Shown: positions 35,628 to 45,750, counted from the stretch's first letter. The stretch is 51,133 bases of DNA from a bacterium (GCA_041946805.1 JBHGBC010000026.1:1-51133), one strand, 5' to 3'. The notes: generated by a model from the letters alone, not told the origin. Numbers and translations are program-made.

Positions 35628-37664
35628 TCACGGTCTCCGGTTCAGGGGCGGGTTTACTTTGGATGGATTGTATTGCTTGATCTGTTCAAGAAAAGTTTGA
35701 ATTCCGGATGAGTCGATCTTGTTTTTGAAAGCCCGTTTTTGGTTAAGCCGCAATGCGGCCAGGAAATATTGTTCTGCTTTCTGGAATTCTCCCAGATAAA
35801 AGTAAGCCCGCCCCGCGAAATACCGGTAATCCGGTGAATTGGGATCGCTTTCAATCGCCTTTTCCAGCCAGGACGCCGCATCCACCAAACAATCCCGCGC
35901 CAACGTGGGAAAGCGGATGGCGGTGTGCGTTCCCACCAGGTCCGCTTCCTTCAGGCAGCTGATCCCCAGGTTCAACCGGTTGGTGGTGAAATCCTCCTGC
36001 AGTTGTTCCAAGGCCGTGAACGCCTCGATGGCCTGCTGATAATCCATCACCTTGTGATAGGCGACTCCCAGGTAAAAGAGGCTCTCGGGGTGATCGGGCG
36101 CCAGAATCCGCGCCTGGTTCAGGGCCGTGAAGGTTTGCTCCAGGCGGGAGCGGTTGAACGCCGTGGATTCGTTCTCGTCCAGTTCGGAGATCCATCGGAT
36201 GCCGTTCTTGATCATGGAATCCCCCACGAAAAACCGGATCCCTCCCAGGAACAGAAACGGGATGAAGGCCATCAGCGCCAGGTGAAAGAGACCTTGAATC
36301 CAAGATGATGGTTCCTCCCCGGACGCCCGCAACGCCGCGCTCCGTCCCACGGCGGCGCCGGCGAACGACCAAAGCAAAAACGCGGAGGGCGTGAAGCGCA
36401 GCGTGACCGTGAACAGGTTGTGGATCAATATGCCCAGCATCCCGCTCCACAGGCCAAGCAGTTCCAGATTTTCCCGCGAGCGGCGCCGGATCAAGGTTCT
36501 CCAAACATAGACCAGCACGGAAACCAGGACCGCCAGGTAGGATACCAGACCGATCGCGCCCGTCTCGGCGGCGGTTTCCAGGTATTCATTGTGCGCGTGC
36601 TCGACGAAGAATTCCTGGAAGGGCAGGTGAAACGAGAGCTCCTTAGGCCGGAAAGCGGGAAAATAAAGGGGAAAAGTCCCGAGTCCGGTTCCCACCCATG
36701 GGCTGCTCATCCAGATGGCGGCGGCGCCCTTCCAGAAGAAGGGGCGGGTGGCGACGGAGGTGTCTTCTTCCACCTGGGCGAAACGTAGCACCATGGCCGA
36801 GATTTCCTCCCACAGCCCGATCGTGAGTCCCACACTCAACAAGGCCATGCCCGCCAAGACGGCCACCGCCCCCCGCCGCGTGATCACCGGCTGGAACAGC
36901 ACCGGATCGCGCACCCAGTTGACGTAGGTGAGGGAAGCGGCCAGGAGCATCAAGGTAGCCGCGGTGGCGACCCAGGCGCCGCGGCTGTACGAGAACACCA
37001 GGGCGGCCAGTTGCATGAGGGCGGCCATGAAGAAGGCCAAACGCGCCCAACTTCTTCGCGCCAGAGTCAAGGTCAGGGTCAAGGGGAGAAGGGCCGCCAG
37101 ATAACCCGCCAGGTAGTCGGGATTTCCCAAACTGCCGGTCACGCGCCGGAAGCCCCCGCCGAAGTCGAAGGTCTTCCAATCCAGAAAAAATTCGATTTCG
37201 AACGCCTGGAGAATGGCGTACAGGCTGATGGCGGCGGAAACGAGGACCGTGGCGTGGAGGAACATCCGGAACCGCCGGCGGCCGGCGTTGAATTGGTACG
37301 CGGCCACCGCGAACAGGACGTAGGACAGCCAGCGGAGCAATTCATGGGTGGAGCGGGGATGGCTGGATACTCCCAGGGCGGAGACGATGAGGTAAGCCGC
37401 GAACCCGGCCAGCAGAAGGGCCAGGGCCTTGGGTGCGGCTGGCGCGGTCCGCTCAGGGTTGTTTCGGGATTCGAAGCTGATCGCCAAGGGAAGCCAAAGC
37501 AGAAGCAGCGCGGTGGTGATCTGCAGCACGGTCTCCTTCATCACGATGGTGTGGGTGTTGAAGGTGGTGAACACCGTGGGGACCAGGACCACGGGCAGCC
37601 AAAACAGGCACTCATGGAGCACCTGAACCCATCGGGAGAGTTTTGCCAGGACGAGAGCGTGCAC
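35628..37664 (-). CDS. O-antigen ligase (Wzy_C)-family membrane protein with C-terminal TPRs
   Basis: Multiple TMs, GSLGNPDYLAG, SYSRGAW, GTGLGTF, EHAHNEYLE; TPR tail. Confidence 0.87.
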   Translation of the reverse strand: MHALVLAKLSRWVQVLHECLFWLPVVLVPTVFTTFNTHTIVMKETVLQITTALLLLWLPLAISFESRNNPERTAPAAPKALALLLAGFAAYLIVSALGVSSHPRSTHELLRWLSYVLFAVAAYQFNAGRRRFRMFLHATVLVSAAISLYAILQAFEIEFFLDWKTFDFGGGFRRVTGSLGNPDYLAGYLAALLPLTLTLTLARRSWARLAFFMAALMQLAALVFSYSRGAWVATAATLMLLAASLTYVNWVRDPVLFQPVITRRGAVAVLAGMALLSVGLTIGLWEEISAMVLRFAQVEEDTSVATRPFFWKGAAAIWMSSPWVGTGLGTFPLYFPAFRPKELSFHLPFQEFFVEHAHNEYLETAAETGAIGLVSYLAVLVSVLVYVWRTLIRRRSRENLELLGLWSGMLGILIHNLFTVTLRFTPSAFLLWSFAGAAVGRSAALRASGEEPSSWIQGLFHLALMAFIPFLFLGGIRFFVGDSMIKNGIRWISELDENESTAFNRSRLEQTFTALNQARILAPDHPESLFYLGVAYHKVMDYQQAIEAFTALEQLQEDFTTNRLNLGISCLKEADLVGTHTAIRFPTLARDCLVDAASWLEKAIESDPNSPDYRYFAGRAYFYLGEFQKAEQYFLAALRLNQKRAFKNKIDSSGIQTFLEQIKQYNPSKVNPPLNRRP

Positions 37665-37674
37665 GAAGAGAATC

Positions 37675-39432
37675 CTATGCGGTGTTGCGAGTCTGAGAAT
37701 CCGGACTGGCCTTTTTCTTGGGAATGGGGAGATGGATGGAGAAAGTGCTGCCAGTTCCCGGCGTGCTTTCCACCACGATTTTCCCCTTATGGCCCTCGAC
37801 GATGTGCTTGACCACCGCCAGTCCCAGCCCGCTGCCGCCCGTCTCGCGCACGAGCGGATCGTCCACGCGGTGGTATTCCTCGAAAATCTTGGTCCGCTGG
37901 TCGGACGAAATGCCGATGCCCTGGTCTTTCACTTCGATGATCACCTCGCCGTTTTGGGGATAGGCGTTGATCCAGACGTCCTTCCCCTCGCCCGAGTATT
38001 TCATGGCGTTCGAGAGCAGGTTGAAGAGGGCCTGCCGCAAGGCCTCGCTGTCGCACCGGACCGGGGGAAGGGCAGGATCGGCCGAGACGTGGAGTTGGAG
38101 TCCATGCCGCTCGAAATGATACCGCATGGTTTCCGCGGTTTCCAGGACCAGACCGCCGATGGGGCGTTCGGCGAGGAAGTATTGCTGCTTGTTGGCTTCG
38201 ATGCGCGAAAAATTGAGGATGTTGTTGATCATTTGCGCCAGGCGTTCGCTCTCCTTGGTAAGGGCATGGAGATATTCCTGGCGTTTTTGCTCGTTTTTGG
38301 TGCGGTTGAGCTCCAGTGTCTCCGCGTAGAGGCGGATCAAGCCCAGCGGGGTGCGCAACTCATGCGACACCCGGGCCACGAAGTTGGAGCGCATGTCCGA
38401 CAGGGCCAACTCATGGGCGACATTGCGCAGGGCGCTGATGACGGCGGCGATCATGATGACGTTGGCGGCGGCGATCAGACAGTAATACACCATTTTCTCG
38501 TAGCGCGCGGACATCATGATGTCCTCGCCGGTTTCGTCGGAAAAATGGATCTTGTACCAGGGGAACAGATCGTTGTGAAAGGTCTGAGGCAGGTGTTTTT
38601 TGCTCTCCGGCATTGCTTTTCCGCCCGCTTCCGCGATGGTGGCGATCCAATCGCCGGTCAGATGGTCCTCGATGGCGATGGGGTAGGTCAATTCCGCCTG
38701 CAACTTGCCGACTTCCCGTTGCCACATTTCATCGAGGATGTTCTGAAAGAATGTATGGTTGACGTATTCAAAATCGATGGTGAATCCGAAGGCCAGGATG
38801 GCGTTCGGCCGCGTTTCCTCCTCATCCGGCCGCGAGGGGCTCACCACCGTGAACGAAGCCAGTTCCCGCTGATTGTCGGTCGGATAAAGTTCGTCGGGAT
38901 AATGCAGATACTCGTAATGGATCTTGTCGGGCCGGTACGCCTCGGGCTCGATGAGGCTGCGGAACGAATCCACCTTGAAATCGATGGCGCTTTTGAGCCG
39001 GGTGGCCAGCGCCTGCTTGAAGTGGTTGGTCCGCGCCCAGTCCGAACCATACCGCTGCTCGCTGTCTTCCTTCCGCGCGAAAAAGTAGATCCGGCGGTCG
39101 GCCCCGTAGATGAAGATCTGGGAAGCCGCGGGGAATTTCTCCAGCAGGTGAAACACGGCATTTTCCGGCGGGGGAAAGATGGGGAACAGGGTGTCGATTT
39201 CCCGCAGCAAGGCGTCCTGAAACGGTTTCTGGATGGTGTAGGTGAATTTCTCTTCGGTCCGGTTGCGCAGGCTGCTGATGGTCATTTCCACGCGCTTTTG
39301 GGCCAGCTGCTCGTACCGGATATCGACGCCGCCCACGGTTTCCAAGCCCAAATAGGTCAACAGTCCCGCGGGCAGCAGCAAGGCGAGCGGAGCGGTGATC
39401 AAAAAACGGCGGCGGGGAGTGATGAGCGGCAT
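37675..39432 (-). CDS. Membrane sensor histidine kinase (PhoR/WalK-type)
   Basis: Two TMs flanking an extracytoplasmic domain; VSHELRTPL, NLLSNAMKY, DQGIGI, GSGLGL. Confidence 0.92.
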   Translation of the reverse strand: MPLITPRRRFLITAPLALLLPAGLLTYLGLETVGGVDIRYEQLAQKRVEMTISSLRNRTEEKFTYTIQKPFQDALLREIDTLFPIFPPPENAVFHLLEKFPAASQIFIYGADRRIYFFARKEDSEQRYGSDWARTNHFKQALATRLKSAIDFKVDSFRSLIEPEAYRPDKIHYEYLHYPDELYPTDNQRELASFTVVSPSRPDEEETRPNAILAFGFTIDFEYVNHTFFQNILDEMWQREVGKLQAELTYPIAIEDHLTGDWIATIAEAGGKAMPESKKHLPQTFHNDLFPWYKIHFSDETGEDIMMSARYEKMVYYCLIAAANVIMIAAVISALRNVAHELALSDMRSNFVARVSHELRTPLGLIRLYAETLELNRTKNEQKRQEYLHALTKESERLAQMINNILNFSRIEANKQQYFLAERPIGGLVLETAETMRYHFERHGLQLHVSADPALPPVRCDSEALRQALFNLLSNAMKYSGEGKDVWINAYPQNGEVIIEVKDQGIGISSDQRTKIFEEYHRVDDPLVRETGGSGLGLAVVKHIVEGHKGKIVVESTPGTGSTFSIHLPIPKKKASPDSQTRNTA

Positions 39433-39498
39433 GGTATCCCTCCACTCGGCTCAAAAAACCGTGATCCCTCTCCGGCCGGCCCTTCCTCTCCCAGGATT

Positions 39499-39718
39499 CC
39501 TCCCCCAAAGCATGGGGGAGGTTAGGAGGGAATTGTCCTCGTGGGATGGCTTACCGCGCCGCGCGTAATCCACCCCAGTAATTATCCCCTCTCCCTCTGG
39601 GAGAGGGCCAGGGTGAGGGAATTCTGTAGGGGCGGATTTCGGTGTCCGCCCGGCCTTCGTAACCCGTCGTTCCCCCTGGAGGGGTGGACCTAGGTGTGTC
39701 CGCCCGGCTTTCGTAACC
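39499..39718. repeat. Mosaic repeat cluster: PIT variant, PIT-like copy 5 (39587-39619), GTAG-headed REP-like palindrome and its duplicate
   Basis: ccctctccc-tct-gggagaggg-cca-gggtgaggg; gtaggggcggatttcggtgtccgccc; tgtccgcccggc(c/t)ttcgtaacc occurs twice. Confidence 0.75.
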
Positions 39719-39775
39719 TAGCCATCTTCCCCGCCCGATACCATACCCACTCCACGCCCCTTCTATTTTACTCCG

Positions 39776-40675
39776 TTATTCGACGTTTTGCACTTGCTCG
39801 CGCAGTTGTTCGGTGGCGGCCTTCAATTCAATCGTCAGCCGGGTAATTTCGAGGGAGGAACTCTTGGAACTGATCGTGTTGACTTCGCGGAACAGTTCCT
39901 GGCAGAGAAAGTCCAGCCGGCGGCCGATGGCGTCGTAAGGGGCGTTGTCCCGGCCGTTGGCGTTGAGGATTTCGTGGAACTGCTGGATATGGCTGTCCAG
40001 CCGGGCGGTTTCTTCCTGAATGTCGGACCGGTCCGTGTAAAACGCGATTTCCTGCAACACGCGGCCAGGATCCAGTTCCAGGTTCTGGTTCCATTCCGCG
40101 ATGCGGGCCAGCATCTTTTCCCGGTATTCCAGTTGTACCACCCCACGCAGCGACTTGATCTGTTGGACCATCCCGTCCATCCGGTCCAGAATGGATTCCA
40201 ACTCTGTTTTCAGCCGGGCGCCCTCGTTTTCCTTCATGGCCAGCAGATCATGGATCGCCCGGTCGACCAGGCCCTTCAGCCGGTCCCAGACCTGGTCCAC
40301 GGAAATTTCCGGCTCCTCGAGTTCCAGGACGCCCGCCTGCGAGAGAAGAAAATCAGCCCGGGGCTCGAAGGGCAGTTCCAGTTCGTTGGCGATGGTCCAG
40401 GCGGCCTGCAGGTATTGCCGGGCCACTTCGACCTTGGGCTGGACCATTTCCTGGGCGAAGAGGGATCCGGCCACCCGCAGGCTGACCTCCACGCGCCCCC
40501 GCCGGATCCGTTCCTTGAGCCGGTCGCGCACCGGCATCTCCAGCATGGCGAACAGCCGGGGGGAATGAAAATGGATATCGTGGCTCTTGTGATTGAGGGT
40601 TTTGATTTCCAGGGTGACCCTGGCGTCTTCGATTTGTTCGCGAACGCTCGCGTAGCCTGTCATGCTTCGGATCAT
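39776..40675 (-). CDS. yicC: YicC/YloC family endoribonuclease
   Basis: MIRSMTGY, EIKTLNHK, IRRGRVEV, DIQEETARLDSH, GRRLDFLCQELFREVNTISSK, EQLREQVQNVE. Confidence 0.93.
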   Translation of the reverse strand: MIRSMTGYASVREQIEDARVTLEIKTLNHKSHDIHFHSPRLFAMLEMPVRDRLKERIRRGRVEVSLRVAGSLFAQEMVQPKVEVARQYLQAAWTIANELELPFEPRADFLLSQAGVLELEEPEISVDQVWDRLKGLVDRAIHDLLAMKENEGARLKTELESILDRMDGMVQQIKSLRGVVQLEYREKMLARIAEWNQNLELDPGRVLQEIAFYTDRSDIQEETARLDSHIQQFHEILNANGRDNAPYDAIGRRLDFLCQELFREVNTISSKSSSLEITRLTIELKAATEQLREQVQNVE

Positions 40676-40809
40676 GCCTGCACCGCCCAAGGGGTTGGAG
40701 TCCGGGATGAATTTCCGCGCGGCCGCTTGACCGGCACGCAGCCGTTTCTTATGGTAACTAAATCCCGGCATGGACGCAATGATTCAAACCGAAGATTGGA
40801 GGGAATCCG

Positions 40810-41670
40810 ATGACGCAAGCACGGATCGGCATTATCGGCGGTTCGGGGGTGTACAACCTGGAAGGGATCGAGTATTTCGACGAAGTGGACATGGAGACGC
40901 CCTTCGGCTCTCCCGCGGATACCTTGCGGCTGGGGCGTTTCGCGGACCGCGAACTGGTCTTTTTGCCCCGGCACGGGCGCGGGCACCAGTTCAATCCGTC
41001 CAACGTGCCGTATCAGGCGAATCTCTATGCCATGAAAAAACTGGGGGTGGAATGGATCGTGGCCGTGAACGCCGTGGGCAGCCTGCAGCTCGACATGAAG
41101 CCGCTCGATTTTGTGGTCCCCGACCAGATCATCGACCGCACCAAGAACCGCCCCAACACTTTTTTTGATCCCATCGCCGTGCACGCCCAGTTTGCCGATC
41201 CCTTTTGCGGATCCTTGCGAACCCTGTTGATCGAGGCGGCGCGGGAATGCGGGATCACCGCGCATCCGGCCGGGACCTACGTCTGCATGGAGGGGCCGCT
41301 CTTTTCCACCCGGGCGGAATCGAACCTGTACCGGAGCTGGGGCGCGCACTTGATCGGCATGACCGCCCTGCCGGAAGCCAAGCTGGCCCGCGAGGCGGAG
41401 ATCTGCTACGCCATCGTGGCGGCGGTCACCGATTATGATTGCTGGCACGAGGTGGACGTGGACATCGAGACCGTCATCGCGTATCTCACCCAGAACGCCG
41501 CGAACCTCCAGATCCTGATCAAGGCGGTGATACCCAAGATCCCCCGTTCCCGGGCCGCCGGGACCTGCGGGTGTCCCGAAGCGCTGAAAAACGCGGTCCT
41601 CACCCGGCCGGCCGATTTTCCCAAAGACCGCCGGGAGGCCTTCGAGTTTCTGACCGCGAAGTACCGCTAA
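40810..41670 (+). CDS. mtnP: S-methyl-5'-thioadenosine phosphorylase
   Basis: IGIIGGSG, FLPRHGRGH, NAVGSL, YVCMEGPLFSTRAES, GMTALPEAKLAREAE, TDYDCWH. Confidence 0.95.
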   Translation: MTQARIGIIGGSGVYNLEGIEYFDEVDMETPFGSPADTLRLGRFADRELVFLPRHGRGHQFNPSNVPYQANLYAMKKLGVEWIVAVNAVGSLQLDMKPLDFVVPDQIIDRTKNRPNTFFDPIAVHAQFADPFCGSLRTLLIEAARECGITAHPAGTYVCMEGPLFSTRAESNLYRSWGAHLIGMTALPEAKLAREAEICYAIVAAVTDYDCWHEVDVDIETVIAYLTQNAANLQILIKAVIPKIPRSRAAGTCGCPEALKNAVLTRPADFPKDRREAFEFLTAKYR

Positions 41671-41677
41671 AAGAAAA

Positions 41678-41701
41678 CGGGGCGCATGGCCATGCGCCCC
41701 G
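41678..41701. terminator. Perfect 24-bp palindrome after mtnP (terminator or REP-like)
   Basis: cggggcgcatgg|ccatgcgccccg preceded by an A-run. Confidence 0.55.
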
Positions 41702-41790
41702 GCCTTCAAACCAGGTTCTGTTTCATCTTCGTCATGTAAGAGTTACTGAAATGCGGCATGGCCGGGCCGGCGCCAAGGACACTTTTAACT

Positions 41791-41884
41791 AGCCCACGGC
41801 TTCAGCCCTGGGAAATAACCGGGACCAAGGCAACCCATCCCCTCTCCCTCTGGGAGAGGGGATGGGTGAGGGTGAGGGTGAGGG
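41791..41884 (+). repeat. agcccacggcttcagccctggg palindrome plus PIT-like copy 6 (41840-41884) with expanded (GGGTGA)n tail
   Basis: ccctctccc-tct-gggagaggg-gat-gggtgagggtgagggtgaggg. Confidence 0.82.
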
Positions 41885-41955
41885 AATTTGAGTAGGAAGG
41901 ACCTGAGTGTCCACCCTTATCCAGAGGCGGATGAAACAAAAAAACGCATAACAGA

Positions 41956-41991
41956 AAACTCGGGGCGCTTGTCACGCGCCCCGTTTTTTTT
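41956..41991. terminator. Probable rho-independent terminator between convergent mtnP and the aminotransferase gene
   Basis: cggggcgc-ttgtcac-gcgccccg followed by T8, with a short A-run on the other side. Confidence 0.7.
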
Positions 41992-42013
41992 CTTATGGAC
42001 GATCACGCGCGCC

Positions 42014-43366
42014 TCAGGCCTTCAATTCCTTGGCGTGGGCCTTGATCCGGCGGATCGCCATCGCGATTTGCTCGATCTGGGCGCGGGTGCCCATCAGGCA
42101 TTCGTGGCCCATGAAGATGCCTTCCTCGCAGAGCCGGTCGTTGACGGGACATTCGTTGGTTTCCCAATACTGCTTCAAGCGCTCGGGCGGGAAGAGTTTC
42201 TGGTACCAGCGCGAATTCAGAAGCGTTTTCAGGAAGGGCTCCTTGTTCAGGGGTTTGTATCCGCCGTAGCATCCGACGCCTTCTTTATCCAAGGCCTCGA
42301 GGAAGCGCGCGCGGGACAGGCCATCGAACTGGCTCTTGTCGTAGTGCATCATGTAGAGGTAATGGCTGTTGCGCGTTTGCCCCGCGTACATGCCCGCCGG
42401 GCGGACGCCGGGGATCTCCTGGAGCAGTTCGCCGAGATACAGGGCGTTGGCTTCCCGGTGCCTGCATTGTTCGTCCAGGCGGGTCAACTGGGCCAGCAGC
42501 AAGGCGGATTGATACTCGGTCATGCGCAGGTTGGTTCCTTGATGAATGTAGCCTTGGCGGGTGCCGGTGACCCGGTCGCGCCCGTTGTTATGGAACGCGT
42601 GCAGCTGGTTGTAGATTTCTTCCTTCTGGGTGACGCACGCGCCCCCCTCCCCGCAGGGCAGGACCTTGGTGGACTGAAAACTGAAGCAGCCCACATCGCC
42701 CAGGCCGCCTACACACTTTCCTTTCCATTCCGATAAATGCGATTGGCAGGCGTCCTCGATCACCGTCAGGTTGTGTTTCTGGGCGTTCTGCAGAATGGCG
42801 TCCATGTCGGCCACTCCGCCGCCCAGGTGCACGGGCATGACGCAACGGGTGTTTGGCGTGATCTTGGCTTCCATGCTCCGCGGATCCATTTGGAAGGTTT
42901 GAATGTCGGAATCGACGAACACCGGCAGCGCGTATTGCTGCAGGATGGCGTTGAGCGTGGCCACGAAGGTATAGGGGGGGAGCAGCACTTCGTCGCCCGG
43001 CCCCACGTCCACGGCGTTCAAGGCCGCGTAGAGCGAGTTGGTCCCGTTGACCGTGGCGACGCAGTATTTCGCGCCGAGCCGCTCCGCCCAGGCGTTTTCG
43101 AAGGTGGTGGTGATGTTGTCATACAGGCGGCACCAGGCCTTGCGCCGCAGGGCGTCCATGAATTTCTCTTCATCCAGCTTCTCGATCATGGGCCAGCTGG
43201 GAAACGGGCCTTCCACGGCGGGCTTGCCCCCCAGCAGGGCGGGTTTCGGCACGGCCGCGGCCCGCGGACCGGCGGACGGGAACACCACCGGCGCCAGCAG
43301 GGCGGCTCCCGCGGCGGCATACGAGGTTTTGACGAACTGACGGCGGGTGACGGGAATGGTCTTCAT
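42014..43366 (-). CDS. DegT/DnrJ/EryC1/StrS PLP aminotransferase with Tat signal
   Basis: TRRQFVK twin-arginine signal; NGTNSL, VIEDACQSH, FSFQSTKVLPCGEGG, GTNLRMTEYQ. Start ATG 43366. Confidence 0.9.
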   Translation of the reverse strand: MKTIPVTRRQFVKTSYAAAGAALLAPVVFPSAGPRAAAVPKPALLGGKPAVEGPFPSWPMIEKLDEEKFMDALRRKAWCRLYDNITTTFENAWAERLGAKYCVATVNGTNSLYAALNAVDVGPGDEVLLPPYTFVATLNAILQQYALPVFVDSDIQTFQMDPRSMEAKITPNTRCVMPVHLGGGVADMDAILQNAQKHNLTVIEDACQSHLSEWKGKCVGGLGDVGCFSFQSTKVLPCGEGGACVTQKEEIYNQLHAFHNNGRDRVTGTRQGYIHQGTNLRMTEYQSALLLAQLTRLDEQCRHREANALYLGELLQEIPGVRPAGMYAGQTRNSHYLYMMHYDKSQFDGLSRARFLEALDKEGVGCYGGYKPLNKEPFLKTLLNSRWYQKLFPPERLKQYWETNECPVNDRLCEEGIFMGHECLMGTRAQIEQIAMAIRRIKAHAKELKA

Positions 43367-43464
43367 GATTCGCTCTCCAGCGTTCCAGAATTTCGAAGGG
43401 ACCATGGATGATATGCTTCTACTCTGTTTCCCGCAAAAGCGCAAGAGGGTAGGGGGGATTTGGA

Positions 43465-45213
43465 TCAGGCGTCGTAATCCTGGACGCGCCGGCCGGCGCG
43501 GTGGATCAGGGCAAGCCCGAAGAGGGCCAGCAGCGTGATGTGGATTCCGGTGATGATATACGTGTTCCAATCCCATAGACTGGTTTGGAAATAGGAAAAC
43601 GGCGCGAAGGGGAAGATGTACGCCGAGAAGAAACGGAAGACTTCCTCGGGAAAATCCACGGCGGGTTTGGCCAATATCCACATCGCATGATAGAACATAT
43701 ACAGGCCGAACAGCAGGAAGGGGAACAGAAGATGCAGGATGGCCGCCGCCGAGGTTTTCCGGTGAGCGGCGGGCCGGCCGGAATGATAAACCCCCAGGCA
43801 AGCGTAAAAGAAGATACACACGAGGTAGAACGCCAGCAAGATCAGGATTTGATGGCCATGCCATTCCACGGGCCGTTGGCCGGAGAGGAATAAGCAGGCC
43901 GCGGCCATCCCGCAGAGAAGCGCATAACCGCTCACCAGGAGAATGGCGGACCGGCGGAAGGCGCTGAAGATTTTCCCCAGGACGATATCCCGGGAGTGCA
44001 GGGACGTGGTCCGCAGCAGCGGCCAGGTGTCCCGCAGGCGTTCCCGCGCCAGGCTGTGCGCCGGCGGGATGGGTGAATAGAAAAACGCGAGGAGAATGCC
44101 CAGGGCATTGAGGCAGTCATAGATGGGAGTGAAATCGGGCGCGGCCGGGATCCCGCGGGGATTGATAAAGAGGCTGTAAACCAGGCCCCACGCGATCAAG
44201 CCGCTCACCGCGATCTGAGTCGAGTCGCGGGAAAAGAACCGCCGGTTGTTCGCCAGGTTTTCGCGCTGATACACCGCCCGCGCATGGTATCCGAATAGCG
44301 GATGGAATGTGAAGGGCGTCCGGGCTGCGAGGTGGTCCAGCCGGCATCTCCGGAACCAACCGGGGAGAGCGGAGCCGGACGGCTGGTACAGCATCCACCA
44401 GTGAAAAGACCAGACCGCCGCCAGGAAGAGCAGGAAGGCCAGCAGCCCGTTCCACACGCCGCTCATCCAGCCCGGCCATTGGCTGAAAAGACCGGCCAGG
44501 AAATACAACTTGGGATATTGAAATGTCGTGACGGTGAGGGGATTCAGAATCCCCCGGTCTTGAACCAGGTAGAGGGCCAGGTAGGGATTGACGGATACAT
44601 CCAGGGGGGAAAGGCTGGAGACGAAAGCCGGTCCCCAGAAAGCCATTGCCGCCACGCGGGCCGCGAACGGAGCCAGGATGTATAAAAGCAACGCCAGGAC
44701 CGCCAATTTGGCCGCGGTTTCCGAAGTCCGCGAAATCAGCGAGACCGCGAGGCCGAGAGACGCCGCCAGGGCGAAAAAGCCGGCCAGCGCCCCCCCGCAT
44801 TGAACATATTCGTCCGGAGATAATCCTCCCAGAATCAGGCAGAGTGAGAGGATCGGCAAGCAACCGCAAAGCATGAGCAGAAACACCAACGAGACCGCCA
44901 GCATCTTTCCCCAGAGGATGGAGCGGGGCGTCAATGGCGTGGTCAGCAGCAGGTCCAGCGTGCCGGCTTCGCGTTCGCGGGTGATGGAGGCCGCGGTCAG
45001 CGAGGTGACCGGGATGACCAGGGCGGTGGACAAGTAAACGATGACGAAAAAAATGGACCGGCCGTTCAGGTTCTGATACGCCATCGCATTGCGCGCGATT
45101 TCGTACCCCCCGCAAAACGCGAAGCTGGTTACCGCCAACAGGAGAAAGAGTTGCCGGAATAAGCGGCCGGTGCGCAAATGGCCGGTCAGTTCGCGCGCGA
45201 GGACCGGATTCAT
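43465..45213 (-). CDS. ABC-2-type permease-like membrane protein (internally duplicated)
   Basis: MNPVLARE; ITREREAGTLDLLLTTPL...ILWGK is echoed as LARERLRDTWPLLRTTSL...IVLGK; many TMs. Confidence 0.8.
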   Translation of the reverse strand: MNPVLARELTGHLRTGRLFRQLFLLLAVTSFAFCGGYEIARNAMAYQNLNGRSIFFVIVYLSTALVIPVTSLTAASITREREAGTLDLLLTTPLTPRSILWGKMLAVSLVFLLMLCGCLPILSLCLILGGLSPDEYVQCGGALAGFFALAASLGLAVSLISRTSETAAKLAVLALLLYILAPFAARVAAMAFWGPAFVSSLSPLDVSVNPYLALYLVQDRGILNPLTVTTFQYPKLYFLAGLFSQWPGWMSGVWNGLLAFLLFLAAVWSFHWWMLYQPSGSALPGWFRRCRLDHLAARTPFTFHPLFGYHARAVYQRENLANNRRFFSRDSTQIAVSGLIAWGLVYSLFINPRGIPAAPDFTPIYDCLNALGILLAFFYSPIPPAHSLARERLRDTWPLLRTTSLHSRDIVLGKIFSAFRRSAILLVSGYALLCGMAAACLFLSGQRPVEWHGHQILILLAFYLVCIFFYACLGVYHSGRPAAHRKTSAAAILHLLFPFLLFGLYMFYHAMWILAKPAVDFPEEVFRFFSAYIFPFAPFSYFQTSLWDWNTYIITGIHITLLALFGLALIHRAGRRVQDYDA

Positions 45214-45602
45214 GAGGGCTGTTTCAGGGAGGCCGCCGGGTAGTGGGATTGCGTGATTTTTTCCAGTTCCTCCAACGACACGTCCCGTTGCCGCCGGAAC
45301 GCGGCCGTGTCGGTGAGAAACATCTCGTGCAGGCTCAGCACGCCGGCTTGGATGTGCGTGGCCGCCTCCACCAGGGGAACGCGGATTTCCCCCGTGGGAT
45401 CGTTTTTCCGGGCGGACTCGATGCCCTCCTCGATCCGTTCCAACGTGATCTTGCAGGTTTTGTACGCCACCAGCAGCGCGTTCAGGTAGCGGAGCAAATG
45501 CGTGCCGGCCGAAACCTCCTTGAGCGCCTCGGCCTGAACGGTTTCCAATTGCTGGATCAGCTCGTCCAGGATGTGATCCCGTAAAAAACGTTTGCGTTTC
45601 AT
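45210..45602 (-). CDS. Hypothetical helical protein
   Basis: 130-aa ORF with a 4-nt ATGA overlap onto the permease start, consistent with translational coupling. Confidence 0.65.
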   Translation of the reverse strand: MKRKRFLRDHILDELIQQLETVQAEALKEVSAGTHLLRYLNALLVAYKTCKITLERIEEGIESARKNDPTGEIRVPLVEAATHIQAGVLSLHEMFLTDTAAFRRQRDVSLEELEKITQSHYPAASLKQPS

Positions 45603-45750
45603 GAATGGTGTACCAGGCAGCCAGCCTTTTTCTGTGATGATTATTGAAGTTCCATTAAAATGCCCCGGATTTCAATCCGCGAGAAAAGACGGCGCGGCAA
45701 AAAGTCACTTCATGTATGATGGCGCAGACATCGGGTCCGCACAAAACAGG

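Noticed and set aside
43367..43864. 616-aa version of the aminotransferase
   Set aside because: The extension overlaps the permease gene in another frame; the Tat signal at 43366 marks the real start.
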